Positions 9,001-16,354 of a DNA stretch of 64,000 nucleotides are shown piece after piece; position 1 is the stretch's first letter, and each line of letters opens with the position of its first letter. The translations under genes were made by a program, and so were the position numbers. The stretch is from Leidyana gryllorum EB-2025a (lineage: Eukaryota; Protista; Apicomplexa). The notes beneath the pieces were generated by a model. That model saw only the letters and a program-made list of their open reading frames with translations, did not search any database and had not been told where the DNA came from. The stretch covers positions 1 to 64,000 of the forward strand of contig JBLWGC010000002.1 in NCBI GenBank assembly GCA_048772705.1. Direction: 5' to 3'.

Positions 9001-10560
9001 TAATTCTGCATAGCCCAGCAGGGCAGGAAAATCCTCTTCCTCCAATAGATAAAAGTCCACTTCAATCGTTCTCTCCCCGATCCGCATCTGGATTGGTTCC
9101 TGTTGCGCTGCGGCTCTCCGGCCCAGCCCAACGAAGTTGAGTACTCGACCAGTTGGTCGGAGTCCTAGTTTGCTCGCCACTGCCTTCCCACACATCGACC
9201 TCGCAGCTCCCGTGTCCATCAGCATCGGTATACTGAGGCCTTCATGCGTGGCCAAAACTTTGAACGTCCATCGCGGCTGCGGCAACGCTCCATTCGCTCG
9301 TGTCGCTAGGGTGTACGTACCAAGATATTCGTCACTGCTTATGTCGCCCTCCTCAAATGCAATATTGGCATTAGTTCCTTGCTCATACCCATGTTCTCGC
9401 GGAGCCTGATCCATTATCTCGGTCATCTGTTGCGCATGGGGAGGTATATTCCTCTGTATCAATCTTTGTGCCTTCTGCAAGCTGGTCGCTTTTGTGCCAT
9501 CCCCTTCCACTGTGATGGTCACCCCTCCACGAATCTTTTCCTTCATCTCTATCTGCTTCCCCCCCATACAATCAGGAACCACCGTAACCAGGCAGGCCCG
9601 CGCCAGATGTCCTTTCTTACCGCACTTGTGGCAGATGGCTTCCGCATGTGGGCAATCTCTTCTGTAGTGTTGACCTAAACAGCCGTGACACTGTCCGGGG
9701 CGCCTTCCTCCTCCCAATGTTGGGGGGCTATCTCGCCTGCCACTCGACTGTGAGCTCTCGCTCGCCAGGAATAATGACTGTTCCGCCAGCAACAGTTCCC
9801 GCCTCATTTGTTCGGCACGTAGCGCCCGCTCGACCAATTCATTAGCCAGCTTCCAGTCAACTTCCATCATCACCCTTGCAGCCACTGCCCTCGGCAGTGC
9901 CATCTTCAGTCCCTGGGCAATTCTTCTTTCACCCAGTGCCGCCTCAATGTCCTCATATCCCCTCCGACGTGCCAGCCGAACTGCTCTTTCGCTCTTTGTT
10001 ATAATGAGGTCTATCGCCTCCTGCACCGTCTTCTGCTCTTGTGGATATAGGATCTGGCGCTCCAGTTCCGCCAAATAATTGTCGGTCGTGAACTGCGAGT
10101 TCGCTACCTCCGCCACTAGCTCTTCGTAAGTCTCACAACCTGTTACAGCCGTGATCGCACACTTCCATCTTCTGCTGCCGGCCGCCAGGGCCCATTTCGC
10201 CTTGAATAACTTCACTGAGCAAGGCATCATCATCATCACCTCCGCAGCCGCGTCCGCCCAGTCCTCGAATTCGCCTTCATCCGCTGGGTTAAAAGACGGC
10301 AGCTCAAAACGCTTCAAGGCCTTCGCCCAGTCTTCTTCTTTTTCATCCGTGATTGTTGTACTCGGCACCGTCGGGAACCTCCTTTGCACGCGCCCCACCG
10401 CAGCCTTCAGTAACGTCCGGTCATTCCCAGAACAGCCCCCATAATTTGTGACCGTCGGTACTGGCTGGGAGTGGTGCGATTGTTCCGCCACTTCAACAGA
10501 TGGGTCCTGATTGTCCTGCGGAACCTCGCCCGCCTTGCTTCGCAGTCCATCGCGTGCCAT
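6070..10560 (-). CDS. Gag-Pol polyprotein (~1496 aa from first ATG)
   Basis: Zn knuckles CHGCLGQHYRRDC and CHKCGKKGHLARAC; protease LMDTGA; RT LPFG and YVDD; RNase H TDAS/ETDH; integrase HH-CC and D,D,E (ADF, TDNG, NEAS). Confidence 0.97.
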   Translation of the reverse strand: MARDGLRSKAGEVPQDNQDPSVEVAEQSHHSQPVPTVTNYGGCSGNDRTLLKAAVGRVQRRFPTVPSTTITDEKEEDWAKALKRFELPSFNPADEGEFEDWADAAAEVMMMMPCSVKLFKAKWALAAGSRRWKCAITAVTGCETYEELVAEVANSQFTTDNYLAELERQILYPQEQKTVQEAIDLIITKSERAVRLARRRGYEDIEAALGERRIAQGLKMALPRAVAARVMMEVDWKLANELVERALRAEQMRRELLLAEQSLFLASESSQSSGRRDSPPTLGGGRRPGQCHGCLGQHYRRDCPHAEAICHKCGKKGHLARACLVTVVPDCMGGKQIEMKEKIRGGVTITVEGDGTKATSLQKAQRLIQRNIPPHAQQMTEIMDQAPREHGYEQGTNANIAFEEGDISSDEYLGTYTLATRANGALPQPRWTFKVLATHEGLSIPMLMDTGAARSMCGKAVASKLGLRPTGRVLNFVGLGRRAAAQQEPIQMRIGERTIEVDFYLLEEEDFPALLGYAELIKLRALIDTVNFVLKDADTQRVIAEATEEHLIALASPQALEEKQETEMLKKWEEVTAHLGACRKKTLTRIFLQHGQCWLRPRLGGIRNAAACLEVVGRPVKQPIRRLPPILKEVLEAELDKLSNEKAIRPSKSPWGSAPVFIKKKDGSWRLCIDYRPLNKLMKADSYPLPLIWDQLQNIAGKRRYTSLDCYSGFWQMPLEEASKEYTAFVTHKGTFEFNVLPFGIKTSGSEFQRVMDDTFGDLYNSGVFCYVDDIIIAAQTEGEHDNLLMEVLDRACRRGLSLKMEKSEVDKEEIEVLGHKVGSDGIAPSPKKVQGIIQASPPADKKVLKSFLGTVSYLRRFIPNLATIVEPLTSLMKKGCAWEWGLEQENAFKLLKQELIRAVILRAPTGSGEFKMMTDASDRGIGAVLLQQQEGEWVPIEFASKTLSPAERRWDTREREAFAIKWAVDHFKDYIKCSRTVIETDHESLKWMHLAQEGKVQRWAMFLQQFDLEIRHISGEINIMADWLSRTTEGGDNEQELELMSTSCYVGQLLGKTPRIPQLAEIKGAYHEMTEEEKAACYQLPSGHYVSKDTHRLFIPKRLREAIIYWFHAAKYGGHLGINRTLSRMKRWVWWKGMAQEIRLYVNQCLICARKAPLRLRSDWQGTLEKARPLEMVSADFVGPRQWKARQVSYLVLIDHCTRFIMTHPVGGTPTAKDAREGLQKWTTMFGAPMTVLTDNGTHFRAEFKEFVLQDLLAYHAVTSPYYPQGNGLNEASHRGLEASLKVADAEGTFTFEEALNTATQIHNATPHLAVNESPFYALMGFDMVLPGLQDWRMDTEESIAKARIAQATLRMMKASTHDLRAIAVPDDVIKEGDFVLTQLPAKGRGPGVAADAVRGAYAVRWSMPARVVKKRQGQVEVYYYGTRKKGLVPLRMCRKLEGPVPVSLANEAIKLLRTEAPQHPKGRDYELLPMTTWKQILDGGVQCDAGREGE
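10423..10441 (-). other. primer-binding site for tRNA-Pro
   Basis: TGGGGGCTGTTCTGGGAAT is the 19/19 complement of the tRNA-Pro (2288-2359) 3' end plus CCA, and directly follows the 5' LTR. Confidence 0.95.
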
Positions 10561-10763
10561 GTCCACGATCCCAATTCCACCTCAGATCTATCAGTGCTTA
10601 GCACACCCGTGTTTGTAGACCGGGCGTCTCCGTGTCAGCCGGTCTTTACGCACGTAAAACAATTCATGCATACTGGTAATAAAACTAGCCACAAAAGTGG
10701 GGTTTCTCAGGTCACTACCGTGTAACCCTAAGGGTCCCTGTCGCACAGTGGTTTGACGAACCA
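10442..10763 (-). repeat. 5' LTR (322 bp), contains the gag start
   Basis: Identical to 5715-6036; begins TGGTTCG and ends CACAAATTA. Confidence 0.95.
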
Positions 10764-10767
10764 GGCG

Positions 10768-12171
10768 TCAGAGGACACGCCATAGGTTAAAGGTCCATTT
10801 GGAATCAGAAGTGCGAATGAGATCTGCTTCGAGGCCATTCTTGAAACTCGCGGCAGCGACCACGGTTCCGGTAGAACTGAGTGGTGTGCCAGTGCGTGCC
10901 AAAGCCATACGGGTGATTTTTTCGCCGTCTTCAAGGAGCTGTTGACACTGAGGGTAAAACTTGGCGAATGCCAGGAGATCTGGCAGCACGCCGACCGGTT
11001 CTTGTCCCGATTCGCGTAACTGTTTGTGGAGTTTGTCGGTCAGGAGCGTGCCTACGGTGTCTCGGATAGTGTTCTCGACCAAAAGAAGGCGATTCGGTTT
11101 CGGTTTGTGCTCGGAGAGGTCATCGATGGTTATACGGATAATGTCGTCCGGCCTTGCATTCCTCACTGGAGCCAAAAAGAATTCGCACTCTGTCTCGAAA
11201 GTCTGGGTTGCAGTGGCACCGAGGGTCTCGGTGTGAGCGGTGTCGTCGTTATCGGGTGCGCTGGAGGCGCGATGGAAAGCAACGAGAGGCGCGGCCGGCT
11301 TTCTTGTGAGGGAACCGGCGAGAAATTGCGGTTCAGGACCATCCAGGGTGACCACGAAGCGCCTGGACTCCGGGTCGTTTGCAGTTTCCCGAGGTGATTC
11401 GGCCATCAAAGTTCTGCACCGAGAGATCACATCGCGCTGGGCCGCCAGATGAGGCAAACAGCCGATACGCCTGGCTAGTCTCGAGAGGTTCTTGACGGTC
11501 TGATGACCCAACTGTGCGAGCTGAACTCGTCCGGTCTGGTTCATCTTGTCAGAAGCTGCAGCGAGTTCTATGGCTGTCCTGTCGAGGACGCCGGCCATCC
11601 ATAGCAGAGGCACTGATGTCGAGTATTTGCCAGTTGCGGGTGTGAGCTGGAGGTCAGATGCAGTACTGACCGCTTGGCGGCACGAGTCCCACCTGGCGGC
11701 GCTGACAGTCCAGCCGAAGAAGTCCTGCAGATGCTGTGGCCCATTCCACATAGTCAAAAGTCTTTGTTTGGGTTTGATAAAATCGCGATTAGGGAACCCG
11801 ACCTCCCGGTCGCCGGCGAGGAGGGGGGAGGGCTCGTCATCTTCCGAGTGGTCGCTGGAGAGAGGTAAAGAGCTCTCAGCAGTATAGTCAATTGGCTCCT
11901 CATCCTCGTCATTCAGCTTCCGGTAGAGGATCGCATCAAGGGAAAGCATCCGGACTTGTTTACGGGGTGTAGAGAGGGATCGCTTTCGGGTTGCATCTGC
12001 TGATGTGCTGGGCGCGTCGAGAGGGGTCTCTTCTTTCGCTTCCTGGCCACCGAGGGACGCCGGGTGGAAGCATCTCTGCGACTGCAAAAGGAGTGTGCCG
12101 ACTTCGAGCGCTATGTTCCGCTGCGGGGTGCGCCCAGAGGTGGTGGCACTGACTTTGACAATGTTTGCCAT
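10768..12171 (-). CDS. unknown protein, tandem family member 1 (likely start MANIVKV)
   Basis: Long ORF sharing the hydrophobic ...LLLQS N-terminal segment, PDLxxFAKxYP and C-terminal FxNGxxAxL with the neighbouring ORFs. Confidence 0.7.
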   Translation of the reverse strand: MANIVKVSATTSGRTPQRNIALEVGTLLLQSQRCFHPASLGGQEAKEETPLDAPSTSADATRKRSLSTPRKQVRMLSLDAILYRKLNDEDEEPIDYTAESSLPLSSDHSEDDEPSPLLAGDREVGFPNRDFIKPKQRLLTMWNGPQHLQDFFGWTVSAARWDSCRQAVSTASDLQLTPATGKYSTSVPLLWMAGVLDRTAIELAAASDKMNQTGRVQLAQLGHQTVKNLSRLARRIGCLPHLAAQRDVISRCRTLMAESPRETANDPESRRFVVTLDGPEPQFLAGSLTRKPAAPLVAFHRASSAPDNDDTAHTETLGATATQTFETECEFFLAPVRNARPDDIIRITIDDLSEHKPKPNRLLLVENTIRDTVGTLLTDKLHKQLRESGQEPVGVLPDLLAFAKFYPQCQQLLEDGEKITRMALARTGTPLSSTGTVVAAASFKNGLEADLIRTSDSKWTFNLWRVL

Positions 12172-12239
12172 TACAGAGCAGAAATGACCAAAAAGTCGGA
12201 AGTTTTGGACACCGTGACGCTGAGGAGAATCTGTGCATT

Positions 12240-12553
12240 CAATTGGTGACTGGCTGCTCGTCGTGTATTTCGTCCTCCAGTTCCGCTGAAGCATCTTGTG
12301 CATCCAGCTTAGCTTTGCCCGCCTTGCTTCTTGGTCCAGTTTCGTGCCATCACTTGATCCTGAAATAAAGTTACATCTGTTTGTCTCGAGCACACGTGTG
12401 TGTTTGTTATCCGGGTGTCTCCGTGTCAGCCGGCCTGAACCCACGTAACATAGTTCTTGCATAACAATAACGAAATAGTCACAAAAGTGGGGTTTATTAT
12501 CCTGAGTCTGTGCGACCCCAAGGGTTCTTGTCGCACCATGGTTTAACGTATCG
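12240..12553 (-). mobile_element. diverged solo LTR of the same family
   Basis: Collinear blocks shared with the 322-bp LTR: GCCCGCCTTGCTTC, GTCTCCGTGTCAGCCGG, CACAAAAGTGGGGTTT, TGTCGCAC. Confidence 0.88.
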
Positions 12554-12602
12554 ACATATGAACGACGAGTGGTCGTTGTCCATTCGATTTGCTGATGCTC
12601 TC

Positions 12603-12665
12603 AAATGATCCCTTAAAGCCGAGAAATGATCCGTTCAAACCCACAAATGATCCCTTAAATCCCAC
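12603..12665. repeat. 21-bp tandem repeat x3
   Basis: AAATGATCCCTTAAAGCCGAG / AAATGATCCGTTCAAACCCAC / AAATGATCCCTTAAATCCCAC. Confidence 0.85.
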
Positions 12666-12761
12666 AAATCTCTTGTTGAAAGGTGTGTACATTGATTGAT
12701 GCATTAGATTAAATCACCAATCAAATCTCGCCGAAGGTATTCTTCTTCTTCGGCAAGGAGA

Positions 12762-13894
12762 CTATTCTTCTTTTCCCTTTCTATTGTGCCTCCGCCGCCT
12801 TTGTTCCTTTGCGCTTATACCATTTGAGACGGCGTCCCCCATCGGCGGCAGAGCTGATGTCGGTGCCAAACCAGGCGGAGGATGAGGGAGGCAGGAAACA
12901 AAACCGTCAGAAGTCATCACCCACGGCCGTTTGGGCACCACTTTCAGACTTTCAGCAGTCGCTGGGCTCTGCGGGCTCTCACCGTCTTCCAGTACTTCTC
13001 TTCGGCCCTGGGGTCCACAGTGTGGAAGACTTCGAATCTCTATGCGGGTGATTCTCGTTCCGAGGTGCTTGCGGAAGAGGACTTGAGTGACTAGCCCCTT
13101 CTCAGTGCGGTCTGGGGAGTCTGGAGTGGGAATGTAGACAGAGTAGACCGGTCCCCAGACGTGTTTGACTGTGTCAATGAAGGGCATCAGAGCTCGTAAC
13201 ATGTCGAGTCCGATGAGGTCGCTCTGGACCTCTTTGGCCAACGGAGCCGTCTGGATGGGTCCGGAATTGATGATGGCTGTCTCAAAGCCTACGTTCTCCA
13301 TATGAGAGGGATAGGCGGTCGCTTGTCTTCACCCCCATCCCAAGGCCGTCCCTGGCGACCACCAAGTAGTCCTTCATTGGGTCCTTGTGGAACTGATAGG
13401 TCGCCACGTTGCGGTTGAAACACTCCCAATCCTTCACCAGATAAGCGTTGAACGGTTTCCCACTGGTGATCGGCGGCGACGCTCGATGACCGCGTGGTGT
13501 GCAGAGCGCAGTGACGGACTGGGGGCTTCTCCAGGGTCGGAAGGTAGTTCACTTTGTCCACCAACGAACCCGAAAACGCCTTACTGCTGACGTACACTCC
13601 TTTCGGGCTCGGCTTCTCGGTGACCTCCACTTCGGGGACGTGTTGGAACCCAAGTCGCGACCGTTTGGTGGGATGGTATAATTCACGCTTGTCCATCTCG
13701 TGCGATTGTGGAACTCGTTCGAACACCCCCCGAGTAGTATTGGAGGCGGCGTCAGCTCCTCACGTACTCGGCGAGCTCGTTAACCCCCCCATTGGCAGAA
13801 TCTGACCGCTGGGTCGAGGAGGAGGCACTGGCGGCGGCTCCCGATAGCCACACTGTGGACACTTAAACAGAACTATCAGTCGCACCAAAGCCAT
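12762..13894 (-). pseudogene. fragmented tandem family member 2
   Basis: MALVRLIVLF start; ELAEYVR and PFIDTVKHVWGPVYSV motifs lie in different frames. Could instead reflect introns or sequencing indels. Confidence 0.55.
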
Positions 13895-14278
13895 TCTTCA
13901 GCAGTGGTGACTCTCTGAGGGGGCCTTAACATCGGGCAATGACTCATTGATTCCGGGGTGAAAGATGGCTGGAAGTCTCTTCCAAGCCGACATCTTCTGT
14001 CCATTGTGTGGTCGCACAGCAGTCCGTTTTGTTTCTGCAAACACACTCACAGTGTGACGACTTTCCTCCGCAGAGACACTCCCTCCCTCCTCAGACAGAA
14101 TAGTTTTTGTTCGATTGAGCGAACACTATGTGTAAATAAGTTGACTGTACACAAAGATGACGAGCGACGAAACGAGACGAGGCTTGAGAGACTCTTTCAG
14201 GCCGACGACAAAAACACAGTACACACTGCAGATAACTCTTCTCCTCTGCTCTGCTCTGCTCTCGACGGCGACTTTGTG

Positions 14279-15997
14279 TCACTCATTCGCCGAGGGACTT
14301 TTGTACACTCGCAGAGTGTAATCTGTTGCTAAGGGCTCCCAGACTTGTGTCTCCTCGAGTTCGGCCACGTATCCATTCTGATAGAGCGCGGATGCGACCA
14401 GTCGAGATGAGTGAGCGGAGAAGGATATGGGGGCAGTGTCAATACTCATAGTGAAGGGGCCGGCGATTGTGCCGATCCGACTAAAGTCTTCGTACGCTCT
14501 CGCGAGAATGTCCACTCGGAGTTGGGGTTTCTCGCTGACGTATTTCAGCAGTCTCAGTGGAAGCGATTCCTGAGTCACCACTTTTTTGAACAACAATTCT
14601 CCTTTGGGCAGCCGCGTCGGGAGGTTCAGTTTGTAATATTCCGACCTGTGGTACCCGCCACACGACAGTATGAGGACGTCCCACTCCTTTTGTTCCGTCT
14701 CCTTCGCCGCCCCCTTTTTGGAGCGCTTGCTGACAGCCGCCAGGCTGAGCCCTTTGCCACAAAAGTCATAGAAAGACGTCTCATAGGTACAGCCGTCACA
14801 CATCACACTCCCACCTTCAGCTGCGAGCGCGTGTCTCCACCGTTGCCGATGTTCGGCTGGAATGTCTTTCAAGCCGAAATCGTGTCTGTCCGGGTCCTCC
14901 GCCGACTCGGTTTCGGTCCCACCCCCCATTCCGAGACACGCCAGTGCCCACTGACCGACGACGACATTCACCCCAACGCTCTCGGCGGGACGGCCGGTTC
15001 GGGCTGCTTTGAGCAGAGGGCCCAGTTTGTGTCCTCCCAGTTTCGATAGTTTATTATAATGCCAGTTTCGAGGCAGCGAGGCCAAAGACCGCAACTGCAT
15101 TATCCTCTCCGTCTCATTGACTCTCGGCGGCCCCACTGCACCGTCGCGATGCTCGGGCACATCCATCCAGCACCACCACGGGGCGTATGGCTTCTCCGCC
15201 TGCTGCTGAAAAGAGAGAACCGTCCCGCCACTGTACTTGACACTGTACGCCATCGGGAAATGCGAGTGATATGAAACACTCTCAATTGGCCCCCAAGCGG
15301 TCTCCATCGCCTCAACAAAGGGCACTGTGGAGTTCACAACAGCCATAAGTATCACTTCTTCACACTCCGGAGTTGGTGGTGGCGACGCAGCCGCACTGGA
15401 CTGACTGCGACCCCCACTGACTGCTGACGGGCTCAAAATGGGATTCACCTTCTTGAAACACTCCACCGCTCTTCTGTCATTGACTTTATTCCCATATTGT
15501 CGACGGACTCTCAGCACCCGAAATGAGTCCTCTTTCTCTACCAACAACGCACCGTCGAGGTATGCGGTGAATGGCAATAGCGGTATGATGCGACGATTGT
15601 CTGACCCCCCCATGGTGTAGGCGACCACGTCCTTCAGTCGAGCGTGATTCTGGGCGGCTTCCACCTTCCACTGGAGATACTTTTGAGCCAATGGATCCAT
15701 ATTCTCCGCCCGAACCACACGTCTGGCCACATCCTCCAACTTCATCATAGTCCACGACCCTCTCTTGAGTTCCTCAAAACCAAAGTCTGTAACCAGTCGT
15801 TCCAGCCACCCTCTCCAGAGACCGTCACTCGAACCCACAGCACCAAAACTCTCATCAAACACAGACGGACTCACACCATCACCAATCGAATCAGAGGTCT
15901 CCAGCGCCGTCACCATCATCGACTGAAACATTATCCCCACCAGCCCGACGCTGTGGCCCATTGTGTCGCTACTCGGCAGCCGAACGGTCACTGTCAT
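14279..15997 (-). CDS. unknown putative secreted protein, tandem family member 3 (572 aa)
   Basis: Long intronless ORF with a hydrophobic N-terminal segment; PFVEAMETAWGPIES and WDVLILS motifs shared with member 4. Confidence 0.8.
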   Translation of the reverse strand: MTVTVRLPSSDTMGHSVGLVGIMFQSMMVTALETSDSIGDGVSPSVFDESFGAVGSSDGLWRGWLERLVTDFGFEELKRGSWTMMKLEDVARRVVRAENMDPLAQKYLQWKVEAAQNHARLKDVVAYTMGGSDNRRIIPLLPFTAYLDGALLVEKEDSFRVLRVRRQYGNKVNDRRAVECFKKVNPILSPSAVSGGRSQSSAAASPPPTPECEEVILMAVVNSTVPFVEAMETAWGPIESVSYHSHFPMAYSVKYSGGTVLSFQQQAEKPYAPWWCWMDVPEHRDGAVGPPRVNETERIMQLRSLASLPRNWHYNKLSKLGGHKLGPLLKAARTGRPAESVGVNVVVGQWALACLGMGGGTETESAEDPDRHDFGLKDIPAEHRQRWRHALAAEGGSVMCDGCTYETSFYDFCGKGLSLAAVSKRSKKGAAKETEQKEWDVLILSCGGYHRSEYYKLNLPTRLPKGELLFKKVVTQESLPLRLLKYVSEKPQLRVDILARAYEDFSRIGTIAGPFTMSIDTAPISFSAHSSRLVASALYQNGYVAELEETQVWEPLATDYTLRVYKSPSANE

Positions 15998-16354
15998 CGG
16001 GTCTTCGCCGCACGGATTTGGGAAAGCCTTAGACTCTAAGTAGCCTTAGACTCTAAGTACTGTACAAACCGCTGCAGAGAAGAAGAAGAATATCCGAAAC
16101 TCACAAAGATTATTCTTTTTAAACTATGGCTGAGAACTGTGCTGTACAAAGATCGATTTCCCCGCCCGCCCTTTCTGACGCAATGGTCCGCTGTCAACTC
16201 GTCCACTGCTGGCTGTATTGGCCCAAACTGCGGCGTGTGAATCAGTATGCTGGAAGCTCCCAGACATAAAACTCCATAAAGAAAGTGTTCATATATGTGG
16301 AAAAACACAATCCACTTTTCGGTAACTGAAAGAGAGAGACGCCCGGTTTGCCGA

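Larger units (their letters stand above)
5715..10763 (-). mobile_element. full-length Ty3/gypsy LTR retrotransposon
   Basis: Two 322-bp direct repeats, PBS, polypurine tract, and a single ORF with domain order gag-PR-RT-RH-IN. Confidence 0.97.

Noticed and set aside
12222-12240. tRNA-Leu PBS after the solo LTR (TGCACAGA)
   Set aside because: Only an 8-nt match and it lacks the TGG start
10768-12462. 564-aa ORF as an env or accessory gene of the retrotransposon
   Set aside because: It lies outside the LTR pair, has no polypurine tract before the next LTR, and shares motifs with the adjacent host gene family
12603-12665. Possible CRISPR-like repeat
   Set aside because: Contiguous 21-bp units with no unique spacers, no cas genes, eukaryotic context
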